From assembly GCF_001194135.2 (NCBI RefSeq), contig NC_068996.1:17722266-17767222 (forward strand): DNA of 44,957 nt, written 5' to 3'. This document shows positions 33,232 to 44,534 of this stretch, one piece after another. Source of the stretch: Octopus bimaculoides. Lineage: Eukaryota. The notes under the pieces were generated by a model. The model made no database searches, was not told the origin of the DNA, and saw nothing but the letters and a program-made list of their open reading frames with translations. The translations under genes were made by a program, and so were the position numbers. Every line of letters starts with the position of its first letter. The stretch's first letter is position 1.

Positions 33232-33670
33232 ATAGATCAACCAATTAGAGTGAAGTTGTGGCATATTGCTTCTCGGATGATTTAAAATTCACCCCTTTTT
33301 TACTCTACGTAAACAGTTTGGCACCTAACTCAACGGCAAGCCACCTCAGGCACTCAAGCAGATTACCTTAAACAAGAGATGACTTCAGACACTCACACAT
33401 GATGTACCATAACTAAGCTTCAGCAACACACAGCACATTTCTCTCCTCCCAGCTGACAGTTATTCTATATGCATCTTTCTTTTTTAGATATCCAACACAG
33501 TTAATCATTCTCATCAATAAATGTTAAAAGGTCATGTGTTGCTTCATTTATAATACATGTAGCCAGCCAAACCACACAGAGATGGTCATCAACATCATAC
33601 ACATCCAGCATCACAAACCCACAACGAGAGTTTATTATGTAATACAGTACAGTCTGTTATGTAATACAAT

Positions 33671-33975
33671 GAGGGCACATGGCTCAGTGATTAGAGCATC
33701 AGGCTCACAAACATGAGGTAGTGAGTTCAATTCTTGGACTGGGTTATGTGTTGTGCTCTTGAGCAACACACTTTATTTCACATTGTTCTAGTTCACTCAG
33801 CTGTGGAAATGAGTTACAACGTCACTGGTGACAAGCTGTACCTGCCTTTGCCTTTCCTTTGGATAACATCAGTGGTGTGGAGAGGCTGTTATGCATGGGC
33901 CACTGCTAGTCTTCCATAGACAACCTTACCTGGTCTTGTGCAATCCCATGGTCATTCATGACCAAAGGGGGTCTT
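33671..33975 (+). mobile_element. tRNA-derived SINE family 4 with CORE-like central domain
   Basis: tggctcagtgattagagc...gagttcaattc head, then gtgttgtgctcttgagcaacacactttatttcacattgttctagttcactcagctgtggaaatgag. Confidence 0.75.
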
Positions 33976-34404
33976 TTATCCATTACAGCATTGAAACAAT
34001 ATAGAGAACCAAACTTCTTATTCAGCTTCCAGAAATACAGAATTTCAAGAAATCTCTGGATACTGTGCAATATTCTGCAATGTACATCGCAGAATATTGA
34101 GTAACCTGATCTTGTTTATGAAGATGGTTAATCTGCATATGGTGTGTTAAAAATAATCTTGTTCTTAACCTTTTTTATGTGGATTGATAAATGCTAAACA
34201 TTCTCTGCTTCAAAAGTTTACAACCTGTACTTATATCTGTTAAATTTTTCTTTGTTTAATTTTCATCCTATAAACATTATAACTGTGTAGATGTTAGAAA
34301 TATGAGATATTTTAAGAATTTTTTATGAATTAATAAATATCAAAGAAACCCTGCTTTTAAAATGTATTAATTTGAATCTGAAAAATACAATTTATTTCGT
34401 TTTG

Positions 34405-34703
34405 GGATTTGGTTTGCAAGATTCTTTATGTCAGTTCATGTGTTGAAGCATATTCTGTTGTGTCTGGGGAGAGTCATTCTCTTTTAGTGCCTTATTATTT
34501 AACACACTCACCGGTAAAATTTCCACTTATTTCTTCTTTATTATTTTTTTATTTTTCTAAAATTTTTGTTGCATCTTGCAACCTTTTCAATAGTTTTTAG
34601 AAAAAATAAAAAAATTAAAAAAGAAATAAGTGGAAATTTTACCAATAAGTGTGTTAAATTATAAGGTACAAAAAGAAAATGACTCTCCCCAGACACAACA
34701 GAA
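34405..34703. mobile_element. Fold-back repeat (arms 34453-34562 and 34595-34703)
   Basis: ttctgttgtgtctggggagagtcatt...aaaatttccacttatttc inverts gaaataagtggaaatttt...aatgactctccccagacacaacagaa. Confidence 0.75.
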
Positions 34704-34752
34704 AATACAATTTAGTTTTTTACTTTTCATAGTTTATTTCATATTTTAAGTA

Positions 34753-34895
34753 TACTGGTGCCACAAAGGAAGCACCCAGTATGCTCTGTAAAGTGACTAA
34801 GAAGGGCATCCAGCCATAGAAATCATGCCAAAACAGACTATGGAATCTGATGTGGCTCTTAGCCTTGCTATCTCCTGCCTAACTGCCCAGCGGAA

Positions 34896-34959
<64 letters not shown>

Positions 34960-34965
34960 CAATGA
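34753..34965 (+). mobile_element. RTE LINE 3' tail, diverged, with long (GAT)n
   Basis: aagcacccagtatgctctgtaaag...aagaagggcatccagccatagaa...gcggaaat(gat)n. Confidence 0.7.
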
Positions 34966-35179
34966 CAAGGATTTAGATTGTCTCCAGAAAATCCAGAAAT
35001 CTAGGCCACTTCTGGTCCCAAGCTTGTTGGATAATTGGTCCAATACTGTACTTCTAATGCAGTAGAAATTTATTAATTGAACTAGATTAGCCCAGTGTGT
35101 GTGTGCGTGCATGTGCGCGTGCATGTGCGCGTGCATGTGCGCGTGTGTGTGTGTGTGTGTGTAATATATATATGTATAT

Positions 35180-35345
35180 AAGGCTGAAAGGAATGAGGAC
35201 AGAAACTTTCCTCTTTGGTAAAGCCCACATCGACTTTTTCAGATTTCATTTGAAGAGGAAATTGAGGGTGGAGAGGAAGGTGCTGTCCTTGAGTGAATTT
35301 ATCGAAAGGTGAGTGAAAGTTGCAAAAATGGCAGTGTAGACCTGT
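35180..35345 (+). mobile_element. L1/Tx1-like LINE ORF2 C-terminal fragment
   Basis: RLKGMRTETFLFGKAHIDFFRFHLKRKLRVERKVLSLSEFIER-VKVAKMA resembles the extreme C-terminus of Tx1-type ORF2 (from memory of family motifs). Confidence 0.45.
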
Positions 35346-35469
35346 GAGCCACAAGAAAGAAGCTGGAATGGGTTCTTGTTCTTGGATGATGGCGTTCCTT
35401 GATTATCCCTAGAGGTCCTCCTGAATCAGAGAGATCCCATCACAATCCTTTTTTTTTTCTTCTTTTTCT

Positions 35470-36030
35470 CGTGTCATATACTATGTATCCTTCCCTTCTA
35501 AGTATGATTTCTTGTTTGTATTTGTCAGCTTCCTTAAATACTGAAAACAGTTTTTTGTTTTGCTCGTGTTTTGTGGCTATTTGTATTAGTTTTCCTTGCT
35601 TTTCAAGTAGGTATTTTTGCAGTCCTATGGTGGTTATTTTATAATAGTTTTCCAGCTGTATAAGACCCCTACCACCTTCTGTACATTGTATATATAGCCT
35701 TTCTATGTCAGATTTTGGGTGGTGCATCCTAGATCCTGTCATTATTTTTCTTGTTTTCCTGTCTATTTTAGATAGTTCATTTAGTGTCCAGTTAAGGATA
35801 TTGTAGCTGTAACTTATAACTGGGATGGCTAAAGTGTTAATACCTATTATCTTGTTTTTAGCATTGAGCTCTGTTTTCAGTTTTGATCTAACTCGTCTAT
35901 AGTATTCTTTATTTTCTCTTTCATTTGTATGTGTTGTATCCTATCTAGTTCATTGATTCCTAAATATTTGTATGGCTGGCTTTCACCTAATTCTCTTATT
36001 TCATTGGCTTTATCAAATTTCAAAGGATTG
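35470..36030 (-). mobile_element. R4/Dong-clade LINE RT fragment, well preserved
   Basis: PYKYLGINELDRIQHIQMKEKIK..YYRRVRSKLKTELNAKNKIIGINTLAIPVISYSYNILNWTLNELSKIDRKTRKIMTGSRMHHPKSDIERLYIQCTEGGRGLIQLE. Confidence 0.85.
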
Positions 36031-36872
36031 TATTTTTTTTGTTTTGTTTTTCATCCTCTTTCTCTACAATCCTGGAATCAAATGGACATGATGGGTTGAT
36101 TACTAAGCAACTTCGCCTTTCCTTATCTACAATTGTTGTCTGGTCTATCATTTTCTAGTGCCTTGTCCATTTGAATAGGAAAGTCCCACAAAATCTTACA
36201 ATTCTCCAATTCCAACACTCTTTAGACCTGATGTTCATACCATGTGTATCCAGCTTCAAATTTTTCATTTCCGGCAAAGCTTCCAGTGTAACATTTTTAC
36301 AACTTAGTCATGCCTTCATTTCTTATATTCTTCTGGTGCCAACTTGGAACATTCTGCTGTAATGTGTACCACTGTCTCATTCCAAGTTCCACGGGTTCTA
36401 CATTTTTCTGAAACATTCTCCCCATATGCATATTTCCTCAAGTTGTTTGTTTTCATCGCTTGCTCCTGAGCTGCTACAATTAGGCTCCCTGTTTCATTTT
36501 TTTTAATTGCCTATTTTTAACCAAGCCCAGGTTAAAAAAAGATATACATTCCACAAACATCTTCAGTGGCTCTCCAAAATTGACCATGCAGAGATTTCTC
36601 TTCAATTTGTCTAATGTGCTCTCTTTGAATTCTTGTCCCTTTCTCCTATTCCACATTTGATCACCTGTTCCTTATTCACTGTCATTGGTAGTTTCTCTGT
36701 ACAGTTCTGTAAGTATTCTAGTAGGTTTTTTTCATCTGTACACACTCTTATACAGCAATTAAGCCACTTCCACCCTGGTCTCTCTTCAGGTACAGCCAGT
36801 TGACATCAGCTTTTAGATGATAGGCTCCATACATTGTCAACAACTTTCTAGTTTTTCTGTCAAGTTTTTGTA
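36031..36872 (-). mobile_element. Second, more decayed R4/Dong-clade LINE fragment (RT end plus REL endonuclease region)
   Basis: LDRKTRKLLTMYGAYHLKADVNWLYLKRDQGGSGL, then HITAECSKLAPEEYKK*RHD...KILWDFPIQMDKALENDRPD (RHD and PD..D REL motifs). Confidence 0.8.
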
Positions 36873-36917
36873 TGTCTTTTATTATCATTATTGTTATTAA
36901 TCTAAAATAAACAAAAA

Positions 36918-36918
36918 G

Positions 36919-37000
<82 letters not shown>
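36918..37000. repeat. (TTA)n microsatellite
   Basis: Direct reading. A second tract lies at 37370-37436. Confidence 0.95.
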
Positions 37001-37001
<1 letters not shown>

Positions 37002-37365
37002 CATCCTCACTTCTGCCTTAGTGAAGGCAGACATATTTTTTTTCAGTCATGGTTGTTTGTCCATGAACAAGATATCTCAAGAACTGTTGGATGGGTTCGG
37101 ATGAAACTTTCAGTGATGTTTAGCCTCATGACTGGCACAAACTGATTAGACTTTGGGATAGATATGGTACCAGACGAGGATTCTAGATTATTTTTCTGAT
37201 TTTTTAAACTTAATTTTTGAGAGCAGTCAGGTTCATTTTTAGTATTCTTGTTTGTGAGAGCAGTCGAGTTTATTTCAAATATTCTCATTCTAAAAATTAT
37301 CTCCGGCTAATTGTTGAGAAGACATTGGTGTTGCCTTAGCAGAGGTTTGTGCTCACTGAGTGCTC

Positions 37366-37370
<5 letters not shown>
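37001..37370 (+). mobile_element. Helentron-associated non-autonomous element (HINE/DINE-1-like)
   Basis: 5' hairpin tctgcctt-agtg-aaggcaga (37012-31), gatatctcaagaac..ggatgaaactt core, 3' ccttagcagaggtttgtgctcactgagtgctcttgtt with subterminal inverted repeat. Inserted in a T-rich (TTA)n tract. Confidence 0.6.
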
Positions 37371-37436
<66 letters not shown>

Positions 37437-37708
37437 NNNNNNNNNNNNNNNNNNNNNNNNNNNNNNNNNNNNNNNNNNNNNNNNNNNNNNNNNNNNNNNN
37501 NNNNNNNNNNNNNNNNNNNNNNNNNNNNNNNNNNNNNNNNNNNNNNNNNNNNNNNNNNNNNNNNNNNNNNNNNNNNNNNNNNNNNNNNNNNNNNNNNNNN
37601 NNNNNNNNNNNNNNNNNNNNNNNNNNNNNNNNNNNNNNNNNNNNNNNNNNNNNNNNNNNNNNNNNNNNNNNNNNNNNNNNNNNNNNNNNNNNNNNNNNNN
37701 NNNNNNNN

Positions 37709-37748
<40 letters not shown>

Positions 37749-38252
37749 CATATATATACACATACATATATACAAACACACACACATACATGCAGACACG
37801 TGTATGTGTGTGTGTGTGTGTTATTTCACTTTATTATTTTACCCATCAGTGAACCAAGACAGTTTTAATACCTTTATTGCTAGATTCATTCATTCATTTT
37901 CTTTCATTTTGTAGATTCATGTTTTATTGTTCTAATTTGTTTGTTTGTTTCTTGTTGCTGTTGGTTTGCTTGTTGGTTTGTTTTTCTCCTAATATATTAT
38001 CAATCAGTTTCACTAATTCTTTAATCCTATAAACCATCATTTATATCCAAATGTTTAGGCCTGTTGAGATTATGTTTCCTGTTACAAGTTAATATCTTAC
38101 ATGAACAAATTTACTTTTAAACATCATCAGCATCATCAGCATCATCATCATCATCACAGGAAGGAGGAGAAATGGAAGGAAGGGGGTGCTGAAGAGGAAA
38201 AGATGAAGAAGGATGGTAATGATGATGTTGATGGTGGTGGTGGTGGTGGTGG

Positions 38253-38284
<32 letters not shown>

Positions 38285-38619
38285 GGGAAGCAAGCTTTTT
38301 AACTACACAACGACAGCTACGTACACACACAGTAAACATATGTACACACACACACATAATGTAAATATAATTTAGAATGAAAATTCAACAAATATAACAA
38401 GTACAGTATTTAGCTCAACACTTTACTGGAAAGTAAAAGTGTCTTGATATTTTGAACATTTATCCTTCATCAATAAGAAAAAGGAATAGTCAATGAGAGG
38501 AAGAGAGAGAGAAAGAAAAGGTCTAAAAACAAGAAGGGAATACAGGCATGAAGGTGACGACCTAATACATATAGACATATATACACACATATATACATCT
38601 ATACATATATATATATATG

Positions 38620-38654
<35 letters not shown>

Positions 38655-39029
38655 NNNNNNNNNNNNNNNNNNNNNNNNNNNNNNNNNNNNNNNNNNNNNN
38701 NNNNNNNNNNNNNNNNNNNNNNNNNNNNNNNNNNNNNNNNNNNNNNNNNNNNNNNNNNNNNNNNNNNNNNNNNNNNNNNNNNNNNNNNNNNNNNNNNNNN
38801 NNNNNNNNNNNNNNNNNNNNNNNNNNNNNNNNNNNNNNNNNNNNNNNNNNNNNNNNNNNNNNNNTGTGTGTGTGTGTGTGTGTTGTTGTTTTTTTACATC
38901 TATAATGTGTATATATACTGTACATTTTTTATCTTTATTCACTTAAAACATTAAAAAAATATCAAACAGCATTAAATACACTTATTTGCAATTAATAATT
39001 GATCCTTTGTAATTATTTACAGTACAGGA

Positions 39030-39345
39030 GCATGCATGGCTGTGTGGTAAGAAGTTTGCTTCCCAACCACATGGTTCCACATTCATTTCTACTGTGTGGC
39101 ATCTCCAGCAAATGTCGTCTACTGGCCAAAATTGTATGAGTGGATCTGGTAGTTGGAAACTGAAAGTAGCTCATCATACACATGTGTGTATGTCTTTGTA
39201 TTTGTTTTTGTCCCACTACCACCACTTAACAATTGGTAGTTGGTTTGTTTACATCCTTATAATGTAGCAGTTTGGGAAAAAGAGACCAATAGAAAAAGAA
39301 CCATGCTGGGCACAATTTGTTCAACTAAACTCTTCTAATGACTGA
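39030..39345 (+). mobile_element. tRNA-derived SINE family 1, diverged
   Basis: catggctgtgtggtaagaagtttgcttcccaaccacatggttcc...gagaccaatagaa. Confidence 0.8.
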
Positions 39346-39398
39346 CTGAAGTGATTATTTAGACAATTAATTAATTAATTACCTTGCATTGATTTATA

Positions 39399-39613
39399 TG
39401 AGGGTGTGCTGAAAAGTTCCTGTCTTTAGGTAAAAGAAAATACAGGAGGATCAGTTAATTATGATTTTTATTCAACATATTCTCTTCTCAGATTCACACA
39501 TTCATTGCAGTGGTCCTTCAGTTTTTCTAAGCCTTGTAAAAGAACTTGAAAGGTTGGGCTTCCGATCAGCCTTTCGTAACGCCCTTAAAGCCAGGATCTT
39601 TTCAGCACACCCC
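39399..39613. mobile_element. Mariner-derived MITE
   Basis: TIRs agggtgtgctgaaaagttcctgtcttta (39401-28) and taaagccaggatcttttcagcacacccc (39586-613), 25/28 complementary. TA at the 5' flank. Confidence 0.85.
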
Positions 39614-41419
39614 ATCCACCCCATACATACTGGAATTGACAACATACAATACGTTTACACTACATCATACTATCACACTGCATCTCATACAACAATTAAC
39701 CATTGTCTGGCAAACCAAAAAGAGAACTTTTGCATTATCCCTGGACCTGCTAAAAATAGCAGTGAAATCTTCAACTCATCCACTCAAAATCTTCTTAAAT
39801 GAAGAAGGACCCACTGTATAATATAACACTAAATTTCCCTGATAGTTTTGGATTGATTCTCTTCCTGGTCATGGTTGCCTTGTGGTGAACAAAAGCAAAA
39901 CCTTCTTTGAAAAACTTCTTGGAATTGGTCCAGATCTTCACTGAAAATTGTCAAAGATGGAGATTTGCGGTGGGACAGGGTAGGTTGTAAGCTGAGTCTC
40001 TAAATGTTGCAAATAGATTCCTATGGTCAAAGATTTCAGTGGGCTGGAACTTCTCAGGAATCTCACAAACAGGAATTAGTTGTCAAAACATGTTCACCTG
40101 TTTTGAGATCCATTAATAAGAATCTCTGTAAAACCATTTTCTTCTTACACTTCAAGTAGATAGTAGACCTTATCAAGTTTCTTGTCTTTCCATTGTAATA
40201 TATTCTAATATTGTAAAAGCTGCCAAACCGTTGTTTTTTGTAATTTATACAAACACCATTTTCTATATTTTTGTATATTTCTATTTTTATTCTTCAGAAA
40301 AGTGTTGTTGTTTTTGTTGTTGATCTTGTTTTGGAAGTGGTGTTCTGTGATGTTATTGCTGTTAGTGGTGGCAGTATTGTGCTTAGTGATGATGATGCTA
40401 GTGATGTTGGTGCTGCTGTTGTTTTGGTGTTGGCNNNNNNNNNNNNNNNNNNNNNNNNNNNNNNNNNNNNNNNNNNNNNNNNNNNNNNNNNNNNNNNNNN
40501 NNNNNNNNNNNNNNNNNNNNNNNNNNNNNNNNNNNNNNNNNNNNNNNNNNNNNNNNNNNNNNNNNNNNNNNNNNNNNNNNNNNNNNNNNNNNNNNNNNNN
40601 NNNNNNNNNNNNNNNNNNNNNNNNNNNNNNNNNNNNNNNNNNNNNNNNNNNNNNNNNNNNNNNNNNNNNNNNNNNNNNNNNNNNNNNNNNNNNNNNNNNN
40701 NNNNNNNNNNNNNNNNNNNNNNNNNNNNNNNNNNNNNNNNNNNNNNNNNNNNNNNNNNNNNNNNNNNNNNNNNNNNNNNNNNNNNNNNNNNNNNNNNNNN
40801 NNNNNNNNNNNNNNNNNNNNNNNNNNNNNNNNNNNNNNNNNNNNNNNNNNNNNNNNNNNNNNNNNNNNNNNNNNNNNNNNNNNNNNNNNNNNNNNNNNNN
40901 NNNNNNNNNNNNNNNNNNNNNNNNNNNNNNNNNNNNNNNNNNNNNNNNNNNNNNNNNNNNNNGGTGGTGGTGGTGGTGGTGGTGGTAGTGTCAGTGGTAA
41001 TGTCAGTGGTAGTGGCAGTTGTAGCAGTGAGTGTAGTGCTGGTGGCAGTGGCAGCAGTGGGAGCGGTAGCAGCGACAGCAGCGACAACAGGGGTGGCAAC
41101 TGCGATGGCAACGACAATGGTGACGGTGGTGGTTGTCCAACGAGAAGGACAGATAAGTTGATGACCCAGAAAAAGTCAATGACCAGTGGGGGAGTGGCAG
41201 GGAAAAACATGGGGGTGAAAAGGATTCCAAATAGTAAAGCAACAAAAGCAATAATATCAATAACGACAACACTAACAAGAACAACACTTGTAGCAGCAAC
41301 AACATCAATAATAAGAACAATAACAGCAACAACAACAACAACAGAGATTATGTTATTAAAGATTGGATTCTTGTCAAAGCTCCAGGGAATGTAATTTATT
41401 TAAAACAACAGAATCATTG

Positions 41420-41700
41420 TTGTTGCTACAATTGTACCTGTTGTTGTTGCTGCTGCAGCTGCTGCTGCTACTGTTGTTGCTGTTGTTGTTGTTGTTGTTG
41501 TTCTTCTTCTTCTTCTTCTTCTTCTTCTTCTTCTTCTTCTTCTTCTTCTTCCCCTTCTTCTTCTTCTTCTTCCCCTTCTTCTTCTTCTTCTTCTTCTTCT
41601 TCTTCTTCTTCTTCTTCTTCTTCTTCTTCTTCTTCTTCTTCTTCTTCCTGCTGCTGTTGTTGTTGTTGTTGTTGTTGTTGTCGTTGTTGTTGCATTCCAG
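41420..41700. repeat. Compound trinucleotide array (TTG/CTG)n-(TTC)n-(TTG)n
   Basis: Direct reading. Confidence 0.95.
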
Positions 41701-42194
41701 CCTGATAGATCATTTGTTTTATTTGTTTGATCTGAGAGGACATTATCCCATAATGATATTTGTCTTTTAACTGCCAGTCACTTAAAGAGGTTGGAACCCA
41801 TAGAAAAGGGAAGCCCAGGAAGATGTGAGATGCTGGGATGATGGGCTGAATCAGTAAACTTTGATCTCAGAATATTGAGCCTCCCAGAAGCAGATGACAA
41901 AGACAGAGGTGATACAATTTTGAAGATGATCCATCAATCTATAAATGCATGGTGAAACATATGTTAAAATGGTGATAGAGATGAAGGTTAGAAGCATAAC
42001 ATGTAAACATATCTAGGTCCCTCATCAGATATGAGCTTACATGTATTTGGCAATGGACCCACATACGTCTGCACCAGCTTTCTTCCACCTCAACTCCTAC
42101 CTCCATCATTCATCCCTCAATTGCTCTTCTATTTACATTATTCTTCTGCTGCAGCTGTAATTATTGGAAGAAAGAACCCATTACTATGTATATA

Positions 42195-43010
42195 ACCTTC
42201 AGAGTGAAAAGCAGATTGTATGATGCCCATGTGTGAACAGCCATGCTACATGGCAGTAAAACATGGTCTGTGACAGCTGAAGACATGTGTAGGCTTGTAA
42301 GAAATGAAGCCAGTATGCTTCACTGAATGTGCAATATCAATATTCAACAGAGTGTAAACATCTTGGGAGAAAGGTTAGGCATAAGAGGCATCAAATGTGG
42401 TGTGCAAGAGAGATGACTGTGCTGGTATGATCGTGTAATGTGTATGGACAAGGACAGTTGTGTAAAGAAGTGCCAATCTCTAACTGTGGAGGAAACCTGT
42501 GGTAGAGGTAGATCCAGGAAGACATGGGACAAAGTGGTGAAGGATGATATTCAAACTTTGGCCCTCACAGAGGCAATGAGTAGTGACCAAGACCTTTGGC
42601 AATATGCTGTGATTGAGAAGAACTGTCAAGCCAAGTGAAATTGTAATCGTGACTGATGTTGATTTCTCGTAACTGGCACCCATACTGGTGGATTATAAAA
42701 TGCACCTTTCAAGAGTTGGGCTTCATGGAGACAAAGTAGCTGATGCCAGTGGTACATGAAAAGCTCCTTTCCAGTGTTGGGCTTCATGGAAGTAATGTCC
42801 AAGACCTTTAGCATTATGTCATGCCTGAGAAGATGACCCTTTAAGCCAAGTAAAATCACAGTCATGGCAGATACTAGTGTCATGTAAATGGCACCTGTGC
42901 CAGTGGCACATAAAAGCATCCATTATACTCTCGGAGTGGTTGGCATTACGAAAGGCATCAAGCCATAGGAACCATGCCAGACTGGAGTCTGGTGCAGCCT
43001 TCCAGCTCGT
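42195..43010 (+). mobile_element. RTE LINE 3' portion (decayed ORF end plus 3' UTR, tail truncated)
   Basis: RVKSRLYDAHV*TAMLHGSKTWSVTAEDMCRLVRNEASML...MDKDSCVKKCQSLTVEETCGRGRSRKTWDKVV, homologous to 24553-25375. Confidence 0.9.
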
Positions 43011-43012
43011 CA

Positions 43013-43102
43013 TCCTTGGTTTCAGGGTCGTAGCCATAGACCTACAATTCATCCCCTGTTATGACAGTTTTCAAAAAGTCTTCATTTTCCTCAACACAGT
43101 CT
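43013..43102 (-). mobile_element. Mariner transposase fragment (first catalytic Asp region)
   Basis: DCVEENEDFLKTVITGDEL*VYGYDPETK matches the FLxxIITGDEtWvyxYDPEtK motif. Confidence 0.8.
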
Positions 43103-43552
43103 AGAACTTACACAATTGAAGCCCAATTGCCTTTTTGAGAAGACCACATTCTACAAACTTTACTTCCAAGCACTGGTATAAACAATAGAAGTGAGTGAGA
43201 ATGTTATAACTTAACGTGCATGTACAACAGAGTCCAAGGTCAATCTGTGCCCAGCAGCTTCACTTTGCATGCTTAAGCTTTGCTAATATAGCAACAGTTC
43301 AATTATTTCTTGATCAGACATCATATAAGGCTGGCCCACCTGGAAAGTAAGAGAGAGAGAGAGAGAGAGAGAGAGATGTAAAGTCAAGGTATAAGGTGAT
43401 GATGAGAAACAGAATAGAATGGAGGAATAGAGAAGTTGGATATACTGATAAGTGTGCTGACTGAGAATAATGTGACAGATTATTAAAGACAAAGAGTGAG
43501 TTGCATACAAAGAACGGTCATGTTCATCTAACAAGTAGACAGCTATCATGTA

Positions 43553-43804
43553 TTGGGTTGGTGCATAATTATTGCTGCTTTTTTTTCAACAAATTTTATT
43601 CAACAAAAACAATAACAACATGTAACAAAAACATCTTTAAATGATTATTCCGGAGCATATTCACCATCTACTTCAATTACTGCTTCCCATTTGCTTGGCA
43701 GACGGTCAGACTGTCATTTAAAGATGTTTTTCTTAAATATTGTTATTGTTTTTGTTGAATAAAATATGTTGAAAAAAAGCTATAATAATTATGCACCAAC
43801 CCAA
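43553..43804. mobile_element. Mariner-derived fold-back MITE with ~92-bp inverted arms and transposase C-terminal codons in the spacer
   Basis: Arms 43553-43644 and 43714-43804 start ttgggttggtgcataattatt. The spacer on minus reads DRLPSKWEAVIEVDGEYAPE*. Confidence 0.88.
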
Positions 43805-43866
43805 AATATGTGTAGAAGTATGCATGCCTGTCTTTCTGTCTGTCTGTCTGTATGTATGTATGTATG

Positions 43867-43904
<38 letters not shown>

Positions 43905-43905
<1 letters not shown>

Positions 43906-44040
43906 ATAATTAAGGGATCAGCAACAGTTGCTTCACCACATACCGAAGTTCAGAAATAGCAGCATAGCAGCTAAAGTGCTAAAACTCCAACAGATAGCAA
44001 TACTTGTAACTCACAAAGTCAAAACAAGAAGAAAAAATAT
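43905..44040 (-). mobile_element. Third copy (tail only) of the hammerhead-bearing repeat module
   Basis: Reverse complement of ~12235-12375 (gctgctatttctgaacttcggtatgtggtgaagcaa...gttgctga.cccttaatt). Confidence 0.75.
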
Positions 44041-44534
44041 ATACACGTGTGTGTACATGCATGAATGTATGTATGTATGTTGTTTAGTGTTCACAAATGA
44101 CATTATCTGAGATGGTATATTGACACTGAAGCAATTACTTAATGCTGCCATTTAAAAATCACACAGAAACTATTATTTTCACTTTCATTTGTTCCTTTAC
44201 ATTATTGTCTATTATGAGACAAAATTGTGTCAGTGAACTGGTCAAAGAGGTTAGACAAAACTTGATGCATAAAAAGTAGACAATAATATATAGACATAAA
44301 TACAAATGAATATAACAGATTTTTCTGTGTTCCTAAACGATTAAAATGATTCTCACATTATGTAATCCTAACATATAAATCCTAACTTAGCCCCAAATTA
44401 TGCTAAACAATCCACATCTTAGGGTCTTGCAACCAACTGGAGCCACCTTAGAATAGCTCAAAAGATCTATATGTTGGCAATTTTTGAGATTTTCATGTTT
44501 TATATAGCTTGCCATATTTAAAACCAGCACCAAG

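Larger units (their letters stand above)
2418..40962. other. 15 assembly gaps (N-runs), about 5.1 kb in total, mostly next to microsatellites
   Basis: 2418-2883, 3635-4563, 6056-6209, 8241-8519, 9624-10610, 13100-13143, 13806-14171, 16412-16454, 24543-24552, 26895-26932, 28690-28969, 29863-30385, 37437-37708, 38655-38864, 40435-40962. Confidence 0.97.

Noticed and set aside
40271-41394. Mucin-like Thr/Val/Ala-rich ORFs
   Set aside because: Degenerate (GGT/GCA/ACA)n low-complexity DNA around a gap, open in several frames on both strands.
41468-41743. Minus ORF with polyQ-polyE-polyQ
   Set aside because: It is entirely a (TTG)n-(TTC)n-(TTG)n microsatellite, with no flanking domain or splice signals.
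2288-44110. Most supplied ORFs (poly-YI/HT/CV/MY, poly-P/T/L/V, X-filled)
   Set aside because: They are translations of microsatellites or read through N-gaps, with no splice or domain support.
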